Shown here in pieces: positions 28,534 through 44,769 of a stretch of DNA of 64,000 nucleotides (the first letter of the stretch is position 1; every line of letters begins with the position of its first letter). Source of the DNA: Octopus vulgaris (Eukaryota); NCBI GenBank assembly GCA_951406725.2, contig OX597829.1, forward strand, positions 18,352,001-18,416,000, read 5' to 3'. The notes beneath the pieces are model-generated. The model was not told the DNA's origin. It saw only the letters and a program-made list of their open reading frames with translations, and did no database searches. A program made the position numbers and the translations under genes.

Positions 28534-28753
28534 GCAGGCAGGTGCTGAGTCAGACAGATGCTCAGACAGACAGACAGACAGACGATCTGACAAACAGATG
28601 ATCAGACAGACAGAAATACAAATAGTAGTCTCTGTAAAGTGGTTGGTGTTAGGAAGGGCATTCAGTTGTAGAAGCCATGCAAAAGCAGACACTTGAGCTT
28701 GGCACAGTCTTCTGCCTGCACCTGGCAAACCATTCCATCAACAACAACGTGAT

Positions 28754-28809
<56 letters not shown>

Positions 28810-28812
28810 ATA

Positions 28813-29228
28813 CTCTTTACTCTTTACTCTTTTACTTGTTTCAGTCATTTGACTGCGGCCATGCTGGAGCACCGCCTTTAGTCGAGCAAATCGACCCCGG
28901 GACTTATTCTTTGTAAGCCCAGTACTTATTCTATCGGTCTCTTTTGCCGAACCGCTAAGTGATGGGGACGTAAACACACCAGCATCGGTTGTCAAGCAAT
29001 GCTAGGGGACAAACACAGACACACAAACACACACACACATACATATATATACATATACATATATACAACAAGCTTCTTTCAGTTTCTGTCTACCAAATCC
29101 ACTCACAAGGCATTGGTCGGCCCGGGGCTATAGCAGAAGACACTTGCCCAAGATGTCACACAGTGAGACTGAACCCGGAACCATGTGGTTGGTTAGCAAG
29201 CTACTTACCACACAGCCACTCCTGCGCC
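28813..29228 (-). mobile_element. SINE family A
   Basis: Full-length match to the other copies. Confidence 0.9.
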
Positions 29229-29269
29229 ATACATACATATGTATGTATGTACGTATGTATGTAAACTCT

Positions 29270-29640
29270 CTTGCCTCTCTCATTCCAACACCTCTAACTA
29301 CCAAAGCTTTCCTCACTCCATCCATCCATCCATCCATCCAAACCGAGGTCTGCCTCTGGTTTTGCTGTCTAACACTTCTGCCTTCATTGCCCTTCTTACC
29401 ATATGCTCCTCATCCATCCTCTCCATGTGGCCAAACCACCTCAACATTCATCTATTCATTTTGGTTGTTAGTTTTTCTCATTCCTCATCCTGTTCATCCG
29501 TGTCACGCCAACCATAGCCCTCAAACATCTCATCTCAAATGCATCTAGTTGCCTCTTTTCTGCATCTCTCAGCCCCCCTGTCTCTGCACCATATAACATT
29601 GCCGACCAATCACACCCTCATATGCACTTCTTTTCACTTT
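29270..29640 (-). mobile_element. RTE LINE C-terminal fragment
   Basis: Minus strand reads MLYGAET...LDAFEMRCLRAMVGVTRMNRMRNE...LRWFGHMERMDE. Confidence 0.75.
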
Positions 29641-29663
29641 CATATATATATATATATATATAT

Positions 29664-29947
29664 CACATGATCACATGACCGACCAGACCATCAGATGTTG
29701 TTACACATCGCTGGTCACAATGCGCTTCACATTGTTTTAGCCTTCTAATGATGCCACCCCGCTGGCTAAGCGAGCAGGTCAACAGAAGAAAGGGTGGGAA
29801 AAAGAGTGGTGAAAGAGTACAGCAGGGATCACCACCCTCTGCCGGAGCCTCGTGGGTCTTTTTAGGTGTTTTCGCTCAATAAACACACACAACCGCGATC
29901 CTACGACCGCGAGTCCGCTGCTCTAACCACTGGGCCATTGCGCCTCC
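29664..29947 (-). mobile_element. tRNA(Arg)-like SINE family C
   Basis: Minus strand begins ggaggcgcaatggcccagtggttagagcagcggactcgcggtcg (A box, TCG anticodon-like loop). The B-box region is partly deleted. Confidence 0.75.
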
Positions 29948-30269
29948 ACACATATATATATATATATATATACACATATATATACAGTTGAAACATTCCT
30001 GTCACAACCTGGGACCTTGAAGACTGCTTAAATGCAAGAAAGTATACTAGTCCCTTAATATTTGATATTCAATATTTCATTTATTCAATAAGACATTCAA
30101 TACTTCATTTTATTTTACACTATATATATTATTTATACTATATATTCTATATTCTACATTAATATTATAAAGAATATAAATAAAACATAAAAAACAGACA
30201 GAGTTGGAATTCATTTGAACAATATATATCCCTCTATACAAAATCCTACAAACCCCTTTTTATTTATAT

Positions 30270-30675
30270 ACTCTTTTACTCTCTTTTACTTGTTTCAGTC
30301 ATTTGACTGCGGCCATGCTGGAGCACCACCTTTAGTCGAGCAAACCGACCCCGGGACTTATTCTTTGTAAGCCCAGTACTTATTCTATCGGTCTCTTTTG
30401 CCGAACCGCTAAGTGACGGGGACGTAAACACACCAGCATCGGTTGTCAAGCAATGCTAGGGGGACAAACACAGACACACAAACATATACATATATATATA
30501 TATATATATATACATATATACGACAGGCTTCAGTCAGTTTCCGTTTACCAAATCCACTCACAAGGCATTGGTCGGCCCGGGGCTATAGCAGAAGACACTT
30601 GCCCAAGATGCCACGCAGTGGGACTGAACCTGGAACCATGTGGTTGGTTAACAAGCTACTTACCACACAGCCACT

Positions 30676-30678
<3 letters not shown>
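30270..30678 (-). mobile_element. SINE family A
   Basis: Full-length match. Confidence 0.9.
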
Positions 30679-31311
<633 letters not shown>

Positions 31312-31993
31312 GTATATACATATGTTAAAGAATGAGGAAAAAAATGAAGAAAAGAAGACACCACTTCTCAACAACAGAGAAGTTTTAGCAAATGCTGTGT
31401 TAGTTTAATTCTTGAAAGAGAGTCTGGACATTGTTTCAGATGCAATGCGCACGCACGTGCACACACACACACACACACACACACACGTATGTATGTGTAT
31501 TTATGTGTGTGTGTGTGTGTGTGTGTGTATGAGTGAGTGTGAATTTTTGTTTGTATGTATGTGTTTGAGTATGTATGTGTGTATGAATGTATGTTTGCAT
31601 GTATGTATGTATGTATGTATGTATATATAAATGTATGTATGTGTGTATGTATGTATGTATGAATGTATATATGAATGTATGTTTGTGTGCATGTATGTAT
31701 GTATGTATGTATGTATGAATGTATGTTTGCATGTATGTGTGTATGTATTTATGAATGTATGTATGTGTGTATGTATGTATATATGTATGTATGTTTGTAT
31801 GTTTGTATCCTTTTTAATTTTCTAACTTTATACTTGTAATAGTCATTCGACTGCAACCATGCTGGGGCACCGCCTTACAAAATTGTGTGTGTATGTGTGT
31901 GTGTGTGTGTTAATGTGTGTGCATGGGTGTTTGCATGACATAGCTCTTTGTCTTGACAGAGCTTGATGCTTGTAAACAAGTGCTACCATCCAT

Positions 31994-32028
<35 letters not shown>

Positions 32029-32094
32029 GGATTAAGAAGCAATATTCACAGAAACTAGCAATGGTCAGGGTCTGCAAAAATTATATATATTAGT

Positions 32095-32290
32095 GTGGTA
32101 CCAGATGGTCCCTGGTTCGGTCCCACTGTGTGGAACCCAAGGCAAATGTCTTCCACTATAGCCCCAGGCCAACCAAAACTTTGTAAAGAGAAAAAAAAAT
32201 AAGTACAGGAGTCACTTTGTTTGACTAAAACCCTTCAAGGCAGTGCTTCAGCATGGCCACGCCCAAAAACTGAAACAAGTAAAAGATAAA
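32095..32290 (+). mobile_element. Older short variant of SINE family A
   Basis: B-box-like ggttcggtccc and the shared cagcatggccac...actgaaacaagtaaaag tail. Confidence 0.6.
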
Positions 32291-32496
32291 TACAAGAGAC
32301 TGGTAAAGTAATGAGTATATTGAATTTGTACAGTGTTCCTTTGTCCCTAGCACAGAGGCTATGAATGAAGAATAATTTCTTTTGTTCATTGAGGATAGGA
32401 TTCATATCATACAGTGGAAAAACCTCTACCCTCAGCATAAAAGTTTAAGGAACCTTACATTTCACATAAATGTGTGTGTGTGTGTGTGTGTGTGAC

Positions 32497-32950
32497 CATC
32501 ATCACCATCATCGTTGTTTAACGTCCACTTTCCATGCTGGCATGGGTTGGACAGTTTGATTGAAAACTGGTAACCAGGTTCCAATCTGATTTGGCAAGGT
32601 TTCTACAGCTGGATGCCCTTCTTATTGTAACCACGCTGAGAGTCTAGTGGGTGCTTTTTATGTGGCACCGGCATGGGTACCTTTGACCTGACACTAGCAT
32701 TGGCCACAACTACACAAGTATAGTCTACACAGGCATGGTATATTGCCAAAGGTCTTGGCCACCTGACACTGCCTCCATGAGGCCTAACGTTCAAATGGTA
32801 CATTTTATATGCCACCTACACAGGTGCCAGTCAGACAGCACTGACGTATACATATATATATATATACATATATATCATCATCATCATCATCATCATCATC
32901 ATTATCATTGTTTAATGTCCATTTTCCATGCTAGCATAGGTTGGACGGTT
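32497..32950 (-). mobile_element. SINE-like repeat with (GAT)n tail (family F), two fragments
   Basis: Reverse complement of the ccatgctagcatggaaaacggacgttaaac(gat)n tail seen at 38570 and 60900. Confidence 0.7.
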
Positions 32951-33046
32951 CAACCAGAGTCTCTTGTATGCATACATACATGCATGCATGCATGCATAGG
33001 TACATACATACATACATACTTGCATACATACATACATACATGCATG

Positions 33047-33078
<32 letters not shown>

Positions 33079-33384
33079 CATACATATATACATGCATACA
33101 TACATACATACCTACATACATACATACATACATATATACATGCATACATACATCCATACATACATGCATCCATGCATACATTCATCCATCAATCCTTCCA
33201 TCCATCCATCCATTCAACCAACCAACCATACATACATACATACATACATACATACATACATACATACATACACACAAAAATACCCTGTTGTTGATGTTGA
33301 AATTCCAATGAAGGCGCCTTGGATCAAGGTTAGAAACCGTTTCATTCTCTGTTGGCAAGAAATCTTGAAACAAACTGAATGATG

Positions 33385-33865
33385 TCATACATACATACAT
33401 ACATACATACATACATACACACATACATACATACATACATACATACATACATACACACATACATACATACATACATACATACATACATACATACGTACGT
33501 ACATACATACATACATACATACATACATACATACATACATGCATGCATGCATGCATGCATACATACATACATACATACATGCATGCATGCATGCATGCAT
33601 GCATGCATACATACATACGTACGTACGTACGTATGTACGTACGTACGTACGTACATACATACATACATACATACATACATACATACATACATACATACAT
33701 ACATACATACATACATACATACATACACATACATACATACACACGCACGCACGCACGCACACACACATACATACACACACACATACATACATACATACAT
33801 ACATACATACATACATACATACATACATACATACATACATACATACATACATACATACATACATA
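33385..33865. repeat. (ACAT)n microsatellite array
   Basis: Direct inspection. Confidence 0.95.
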
Positions 33866-34036
33866 CCATTGCAAAACCAATCTGTAAGCAGACCATTGTT
33901 GTAGTCTAAATGACAGAAGCAATTAAAGAATAGATAATTTGTAACAATTAAGAAATGACTAATTGCAGTAAAAGGAAGATTTAAAATCAAAATTTAGTCA
34001 GAGAGTGAGAGAGGGAGTGAGAGTGTGTGTGTGTGT

Positions 34037-36775
<2,739 letters not shown>

Positions 36776-37158
36776 TGTTCCTTTCTCACAGTCATTGTTT
36801 ACACACGCGCGCACACAAATCCGTTCGGTGTGTATATATTCTCCTTAATGAAATATGCAAAATAGAAGTGGTGTTAGAATCGAGGGTTTGTCCTTCTCCA
36901 TTGAGGATTTTATTGTAGCAACACTTGAACACAAATGTGAAAATCTTTGATTCATGTCATTCTCTTCATTAGAAGTTTCTGCAAAAACAAAAATTATATG
37001 ATTTAGTGACCTTTTATTATCTGAACATTTTCATTTAGTAAGCTAGTAACTACAGGGCCAATAAGAAAGTTAAGGGTAAAGACCCTCTTCAATTACAAAT
37101 GACTATAGGATTGAACCTAGAAAGTTCTCTTCTGAGATACAAGTCCAGGCAAGGTTGT

Positions 37159-38020
37159 TTATGGTTCCCATATGCTGTTCATATCTGCACTCGGTCTGCT
37201 TAGAAGGTTGTTGTGTCCTAACATATGTGCTGCTTCTTTTAGTTTTCGTATTTTCCAGTGGTGTTCTCTGTCTATTATTTTAACTTCATCCCACGGGGGG
37301 AGGTGGTCTCCATTTTTCCATACATGGTCAGCTATACCCAATTTATCAATATCTCCTCGAGTCACAGCTTTGTGATGCTCCTCTACCCTTATTTTGAGGG
37401 GGCGGCATGTTTCGCCTTTGTATAAGCTACCACAGCTGCATTGGATGGAGTACACACAGTCTTTGGTCATATTCTCTTCTATTGGTGGTTTTACTCGAAG
37501 GAAATATTTGCAAAATGTTGTATTACTCCTGATGTCATATGGGTCACATATCTTTTGTATCTTTTCGAAGATGCCTTCCACATAGGGAAGACAAACTGTG
37601 GACAGTTTATCAGTTTCATCCTCTCTTTTCTTCATAATTGGAGTGGAGAGTATGCTTTTGGGGTAGCTGTTGCTTAATAGATTGTTACTGAGCTTGGTCA
37701 TTTCTCTGTGGTGGGTATCACAATTGCTACTTATATTCTTTGCACAATGTTTTAGGCACTGAGCAATCCCTCTCTTTACACTGTATGGATAGTGGGAGTT
37801 GAAGTTGAGGTATCATCCAGTGAAGGTCGGCTTGCAGTGTATGGATGTCCTGAATCCATACTTGGCGCATGTTATTAATATGTCCAGGAATGCTAGCTGA
37901 TTGTCTTTTTCTTTTTCCATTGTGAACTGTATGGATGGCTTTATTGAGTTCACATGATCTAACAGCACTTGGACATCTTCTTGGTGGGGCCAGAGTATGA
38001 AAGTGTCATCAACATATCAC
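37159..38020 (-). pseudogene. Penelope-like element (Penelope/Poseidon-type) RT C-terminus plus GIY-YIG endonuclease
   Basis: YVDDTF...IQFTMEKEKDNQLAFLDI upstream. ORF 37159-37701 has CVYSIQCSCGSLYKGETCRPLKIRVEEH...RKLKEA. Confidence 0.85.
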
Positions 38021-38344
38021 AGACATAGGAAAACTGGTAGTGGAACCATTTCAACTCTGTTTAAGTATATATGTGTGTATGTAAAAAGGGAAGGATGTGA
38101 ATGTTTGTGTGTGTATGTGTGCAATGGAAGTGGGATGGTGAACATTCAATGCTGAAAAGAAAAATCAAACAGCGTTTCAACTCTGTGTGAGTATATGTGT
38201 GTATGTGTGTGTGTGTGTACAAGGGAAGTATGTGAATGTTTGTATGTGTGAACCAGCGTTTTAACAAAAACAAATGATGATCGATGTCACATCTGAAAAG
38301 ACAACCACTAGATAACATTGATGAGTGCATTAATTTGATTTACC

Positions 38345-38617
38345 ATCCCTGATGCCAGTGCCGCCTTGACTGGCTTCTGTGCCGGTGGCACGTAAAAAGC
38401 AACAACCGATCGTGGCCGTTGCCAGCCTCGCCTGGCACTTAAAAAGCACCCACTACACTCACGGAGTGGTTGGTGTTAGGAAGGGCATCCAGCTGTAGAA
38501 ACACTGCCAGATCAGACTGGAGCCTGGTGCAGCTTTCTGGCTTCCCAGATCCTGGTCAAACCATCCAACCCACGCTAGCATGGAAAACGGACGTTAAACA
38601 ATGATGATGATGATGAT
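38345..38617 (+). mobile_element. SINE-like repeat family F with (GAT)n tail
   Basis: ggttggtgttaggaagggcatccagctgtagaaac body and GAT tail. Also present at 28625-28755 and 60760-60987. Confidence 0.7.
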
Positions 38618-38974
38618 TTATATGTAAAATACTACAATTAGCTGTCATTTTTGACGGCATGGGGTCAGCTAGTTATTAATAAAAAACATATATATGTTCC
38701 TTATGTTTTGAGTCCTATTTTTCTGTTTTTCATCCCTAAATTTATCTATCTGTATATCTACCTATCAATTTATCTATCTGTCTAGCTATCAATCTATTTA
38801 TCTATCTATCCAGCTATCTGTCTATGTACCTATCTATCTTTCTATCTATCTATCTATCTATCTATCTCTCTCTATATCTATCTATCTATCTCTCTATCTA
38901 TCAATCTATCTATCTATTTGTCTATATATCTACCTACCTAACTATCTATCTATCTATCAATCTATCTATATATA

Positions 38975-39047
<73 letters not shown>

Positions 39048-39605
39048 TTCTCTCTTCCTTCATGCACATACCTGCAAGCATTGATGATCATAGACTTCCT
39101 TTCCACCATGCTCTTCCATCACACACACACACACACACATAACTTATTATATTACTGGACTGGCTCTGATGGCATCTGGTATAGCCATCAAGTGTCTTCT
39201 CTTTCTTCTTTTCTTTTCCCTTTCCCTTGTATCACTTAAATATTCAAGCCTGTTTCCTTTCCATATGGTGTTGAACAAACTGAGTTCTTTATTCTCCTTA
39301 TGTTATTCAGAAGCTTCCTGTTGGTAGTTGCTCATCTAAGAACCTTGATGTTTGTTGCTCTATCAGTATTCCTCTAAGGCAGGGGTCACTGGATCCAGCC
39401 CAGGAGGTCAATTCATTCAGTAATTCCAAAGCAAATATTGATGATATCTTAAAAGCTAAACACCAGTTTCACATATATCACTAACCTTTTTTGCTGCTTG
39501 GTTTGTGAGATTCAGATATCTGTGCACTGGATGAGATATAACTATCTTATTGCTAACATCGCCTTCTTTGATAACATTTTGGTATCTACCTGTCTACCTA
39601 CCTAC

Positions 39606-39704
<99 letters not shown>

Positions 39705-40089
39705 AATATCTCTCTCTCTGTCTCTCTATCTGTCTGTATGTATGTATGTATCTTTATTTATCTATCCATCTATCTCTTTTACTTGTTTCAGTCATTTGAC
39801 TGTGGCCATGCTAGAGCACCGCCTTTAGTCAAGCAAATCGGCCCCAGAACTTATGCTTTGTAAGTCTAGTACTTGTTCTATCGGTCTCTTTTGCCGAATC
39901 GCTAAGTTACGGGGATGTAAACACACAAGCGTCAGTTGTCAAGTGATGTTGGGGGACAAACACAGACATGCAAACATATACACACACATACATATGTATA
40001 TATATATATACAACATGTGATCTCTTAAGCACCACCAGCTCAAATATTTTCTCCTCTGTCTTCCCTCTTTGGGATCTTTCCTTCTCTTT

Positions 40090-40124
40090 GTTTCCGACGA
40101 AGAGCTCCGCTCGAAACGTTAAAC
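40090..40124 (+). ncRNA. Minimal hammerhead-like motif, U4C core variant, in a 230-bp PLE-type insert (40013-40243)
   Basis: gttt-CCGACGA-A-GAGC(tcc)GCTC-GAAA-CG-TT-aaac. Confidence 0.55.
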
Positions 40125-40262
40125 CCTCCTTCCCTTCTTTCCTGAGTGTCAATAATACTTTAATTGTTCCACGTCCTGCGTTGCTGTATTTTTTCCCTTT
40201 TTTTTCTCTTTTTTTCTGTGTTTTCTTGTTTGGATTAACTGTATATATATATATATATATAT

Positions 40263-40539
40263 ATTGGTAAAACGGTAAGATAACAAAAGAAAGAAAGAGA
40301 CCTCAATATTATGTAAATAGAGGAAATTTATCTATAAAATAATATGTTACATTACTCAATAGTCAAGATAAAACTCTGAGTTTCAGATGCCGAAGTGGGA
40401 ATCCACAACGCCATCTCTTCGGTTATCTGGCTATTTTCCAGGTAACCGAAAATAGCCAGATAACCGAAGAGATGGCATTGTGGATTCCCACTTCGGCATC
40501 TGAAACTCGACTATCGAGTAATGTAACATATTATTTTAT

Positions 40540-40545
<6 letters not shown>
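40263..40545. mobile_element. Fold-back element family E, second copy, hammerhead-like motif at 40366-40428 (-)
   Basis: Inverted arms around a 9-nt spacer (40439-40447). Same CCGAAGA core as at 31 kb. Confidence 0.75.
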
Positions 40546-40589
<44 letters not shown>

Positions 40590-41039
40590 ACATATATATG
40601 ACGGGCTTCTTTCAGTTTCCATCTACCAAATCCACTCACAAGGCTTTGGTCAGCCCGAGGCTATAGTAGAAGACACTTGCCCAAGGTGCCATGCAATGGG
40701 ACTGAACCCGGAACCATGTAGTTAGTAAGCAAGCTACTTACCACACAGCCACTCCTACGCTCATGTGTCTATCTATGTTGATTGTCTTTATTTTTTTTAT
40801 GTATTTACCATATTGTTTTTAAAAAAATGGTTATGCAGCCCTCACTTGTTCATCATTCTCAGTTATCTGGTCTGCTGTGGAAAAAGTTTGGTCACTCCTG
40901 ATTCCTATCTTTCTCTTTTGTTTTATTTCACATCATAGTCATTTCTATCTCTCTTTTTTTCCCTCCCTTTTTCACTGTTCATTCAGTTGAGGGGTCACAC
41001 CAAACTACAGCCCACCACCGCCACACTGTACCTTTTTGT

Positions 41040-41245
41040 GTAAGTACCTATAATGAGAATTCGTTTGCCTATGGTTCGGCATCAGTGTTTGGAACAACTT
41101 ATGTCTGTGAGCAAATATTTTCAATAATGAAGAATGTGAAGTCAGCACATCAAATGAGGTTGACTGATGAACATTTGAAAGCAATTCTCTTGGTTGCATG
41201 CAGCAATTCCAAAGCAAATATTGATGATATCTTAAAAGCCAAAGT
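41040..41245 (+). pseudogene. hAT transposase C-terminal dimerisation domain fragment
   Basis: FGTTYVCEQIFSIMKNVKSAHQMRLTDEHLKAIL. Confidence 0.85.
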
Positions 41246-42225
41246 TTGTCTTAATGTTTACTGGACAGCTTCCAAATTCTGTTTTGCGATTGGGTAAAAA
41301 CAACCAGACTTTAAACCTCTGTAACATTTTACCAAAATTATTCTGGAACAAATGTGTAGCGACATCAGCATCATTGTGAAAAAATGGATGCAGCAATTCC
41401 AAAGCAAATATTGATGATATCTTAAAAGTTAAACACCCGTTTCACAAATCTCACTAACCTTTTTTTTTTTGCTGTTTAGTTTGTGAGATTCGGATATGTG
41501 CACACTGGATGTGATATAACTTATCTGGCAAAGGTAAAAATATGTACACTTGGTGTTTAGGGTTACGCCAGAAATGGGTGTTTTCTTCACCTCCGCCACT
41601 TATCTTATTACTAACATCACCTTCTTTGATAATTTTTCAGTAAATAAATATGCTGGTTGTCTTTGTCTTTTTTGTGTTTTCACTGTATTGTATTGAACAA
41701 AATGGTTATGCAGCCCTTGCCCATCATTCTCTTAGTATCTGTCCCACTGTGCAAAAAGTTTGGTCACCCCTGTCCTAAGGAACCACATTTCTGAAGCTTT
41801 TTAATAAGCTTTTACATTTAATTGTTGGTGCTCCAAATTGTACAACTTATTGTTACAAGGATGAGCCCAAAGTATGCTCCAAAGACCTCCCTTTGCTTTT
41901 TTCTGATAGCTGTTTACTTTTTATCTTTTATTTTTTTTTTACGTATTTCAGTCACTGGACTCTGGCCATGCTGGGGCACTGACTTGAAGGGTTTAGTTGA
42001 ATAAATTGACTAAACAGTGCTTATATATCTTTTTCTATATCTGTATACATATATACATAAGCATACATACTTGGTGGATAGGCCATAGGCCTAGGGTCTG
42101 CAGAAACACTGTAAAGCTTAGCACTTTATGGATATGAAACCCAGTGTAATCCCATAGACTAGTCATATCTATCTTTATCTCTCATTCTCTCTCTCTCTCT
42201 CCCTCTCTTTCTCTCTCTCTCTACA

Positions 42226-42266
<41 letters not shown>

Positions 42267-42518
42267 TAAATACATACATATATAGATATATACAGATATA
42301 TACATATATATATATATATAAATAGGTGAATTACTTATCCTATGTTTATCGTCAGCATGGAAAATTCTTTGAACCGAAACCAGGGTAGCAAATTCACGTC
42401 AGAAACACGGCTGAAGTGACCTATCCAAGGGTAGAAACTCCGGGTTCATGTGCAGAAATTTGTGTGTTGTATATGAATAAATGAAAGAATGGAGTCGAAT
42501 GAAGATGTTAACAAAATT

Positions 42519-42612
42519 TCTTTACTCTCGACATATGTTTCGAAGACAACATGGTTTCATTCCAAAGGAATAAAGGGTGCATTATGCAATCTTCTCATCA
42601 GGAAAGAAAGGG
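42519..42612 (-). ncRNA. Canonical type-I hammerhead ribozyme (inverted copy)
   Basis: Reverse complement of the motif at 45041-45133. CTGATGA lies at 42601-42595. Confidence 0.8.
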
Positions 42613-43059
42613 AGCCTCTCTCGACAACAAGACAAACAAAAATTTCGATGACTGCCTACATGGTAAACAAAACGATGAGTGTTTTTTAAAAAACCGTTAG
42701 AAGAATTGACGTCAAAGATAGATAGTAGGAAGAGAAGGGTTAAAGGAATAATAGGTAGGGAACAAGTGGAGAGGGAAGGGTACGTTGATTGAAAGAATGT
42801 TCGAAGGCTTAGGAAAGAATTTCGCTATTGAAGTGGAGTGCACGTTAAGCTAATTGTTCAAACCACAGTGACTATCGTTATCATTTATATGAGTAAAAAG
42901 TATGTTTCTGCCAGTGTTTACATTTGTATGATTTGTAATACCATTAATAATACTAATAATAATAGGAATAGTGTAGTTGTTGGCGCTAATAATAATAGTA
43001 ACAACAATCATAGCAATAAAAACTTCGTTTCCATCTCGGAGGACAACCCCAACAGAATT

Positions 43060-43326
43060 AAATTTTTGTCTAGTAATTCTAAGATTAAGAATTCTATTTA
43101 GCAGTGTAGAATTTCTTCCGGTACCGATGTCTTCTTCTATATAGGAGCGTCCACCTCCCAGTTATCCAAGAGAATTTCAAACCATTATTCAACATTCAGG
43201 GATAGTAAAAAACGACATAGTACAGGGCTAAGTAAATTAGTTTGGCGTCTTAAAGACAACAATATAAATTTCAAGTTAGATTGGTTCATACTGTCTGTAT
43301 TCTTTCCTTTTGATAAGGGCAGGAGA
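43060..43326 (+). pseudogene. GIY-YIG endonuclease, N-terminal part
   Basis: NSI*QCRISSGTDVFFYIGASTSQLSKRISNHYSTFRDSKKRHSTGLSKLVWRLKDNNINFKLDW, in frame with ORF 42838-43101. Confidence 0.85.
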
Positions 43327-43332
43327 TATATA

Positions 43333-43898
43333 GGCACAGGTGTAGCTGTCTGGTAAAAAGCTTTGAAGGCGGTGACCTGGAAGAAACGTTAACACGCCGG
43401 GCGAAATGTTTAGCAGTATTTCGTCTGCCATTACGTCCTGAGTTCAAATTTCACCGAGGTCGATTTTACCTTTCATCCTTTCGGGGTCGATAAATTAAGT
43501 ACCAGGTACACACTGGGGTCAATGCAATCGACTTAATCTCTCTGTCTGTCCTTGTTTGTCCCCTCTGTGTTTAGCCCCTTTTGGGCAATAAAGAAATAAG
43601 AAGTTTCTACAATAGCTTCAGGCTGACCAAAGCCTTGTGAGTGGATTTGGTAGATGGAAACTGAAAGAAGCCCGTTGTATATATATATATTTATATGTAT
43701 GTACTTTTGTGTCTATGTTTGTCACCCCACCATTGCTGCGTTTACGTTCCTGTAACTTAGCAGTTTGGCAAAAGCGACCTATTGAATAAGTACTAGGCTT
43801 ACAAAGAATAAGTCCTGGGGTCGATTTGTTTGACTAAAGACGGTGCTCCTGCATGGCCACAATCAAATGACTGAAACAAGTAGAAGAATAAAAGAGAA
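43333..43898 (+). mobile_element. SINE family A interrupted by SINE family B (43367-43598)
   Basis: A head at 43333-43364, then the B copy, then the A body and tail resume near 43607. Confidence 0.85.
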
Positions 43899-43904
43899 TA
43901 TATA

Positions 43905-44643
43905 GGCAATAAACAAACAGCATTCAGAACTGGAAATGAAATAAAACAGAAAGAGAAATATATCAAGAGTAGAACACATCAGGATCATGTGTTATCATCA
44001 GATCTATTTCTATTATATATGATCTATTGAACAGCAATCAGGAATATGAGATCTGAGAACAAAACATTAACAATATCACTTGTACATCTAACACAATACT
44101 CAGAACAAGAGCTGAGAAAGGCTCTATAAACATTAGATTGTATGGTTAATGATGAGAGTGAAAAGATGGGTTTTAAATTATAATAGAAAAAAAGAAGGAC
44201 AATGACAATCTCAGAGAAAATATTACCAATTTGCAAAATAAGGATTAATGGAACTATCTGGAAACAAGCTGATGGTTTTGGATTTTGAATATTTGGAAAC
44301 CATTATTAGATCAGATGAGAAAGACATCAAAGAAATTAAGTCAAGGATTGGACAAGCCAAGGCAGCATCTGATTGAGATCAAACATATTTTGTCCACTAG
44401 GTGCAGGTGTAGCACCTAGTGGACAAAATATGTTTGATCTCAATCAGATGCTGCCTTGGCTTGTCCAATCCTTGACTTAATTTCTTTGATGTCTTTCTCA
44501 TCTGATCTAATAATGGTTTCCAAATATTCAAAATCCAAAACCGTCAGCTTGTTTCCAGATAGTTCCATTAATCCTTATTTTGCAAATTGGTAATATTTTC
44601 TCTGAGATTGTCACTGTCCTTCTTTTTTTTTCTATTATAATTT
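43905..44643. mobile_element. RTE LINE fragment ending in a long palindrome
   Basis: FEYL...IRSDEKDIKEIKSRIGQAKAA on the plus strand. 44175-44404 is mirrored at 44412-44643. Confidence 0.75.
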
Positions 44644-44769
44644 TGTAACATTTGCAACTCTGAACTCTTCCATATTCTCTTCTCTAAGGTTCCCCTTGTA
44701 AACACACTCATAGAAAAATCATACTAATGTAAACACTGGCAGAAACATACTTTTTACTCATATAAATGA
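44641..44769 (+). pseudogene. GIY-YIG endonuclease, C-terminal part
   Basis: FCNICNSELFHILFSKVPLVNTLIEKSY*CKHWQKHTFYSYK*, colinear with the 55-kb copy. Confidence 0.8.

Larger units (their letters stand above)
39775..40760 (-). mobile_element. SINE family A with two inserts in its internal TA tract
   Basis: Tail half at 39775-39970 and head half at 40598-40760, separated by the elements at 40013 and 40263. Confidence 0.85.
39380..41772 (+). mobile_element. hAT (Charlie/SPIN-like) composite remnant
   Basis: Termini caggggtcac...ggtcacccctg, with 8-bp flanks ctctaagg / tcctaagg. An extra pair of ends lies near 40900 and 40990. Confidence 0.6.

Noticed and set aside
29890-29947. tRNA-Arg gene (and tRNA genes at other SINE heads)
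   Set aside because: There is no complete cloverleaf, and the heads continue into SINE bodies and tails.
33300-33350. ccaatgaag...tagaaaccgttt as a hammerhead
   Set aside because: The core has two or more mismatches and there is only one copy in the window.
38375-38490. Twister or other ribozyme in SINE family F
   Set aside because: A hairpin and a repeated ggcac.taaaaagca motif are visible, but no twister or HDV consensus could be fitted.
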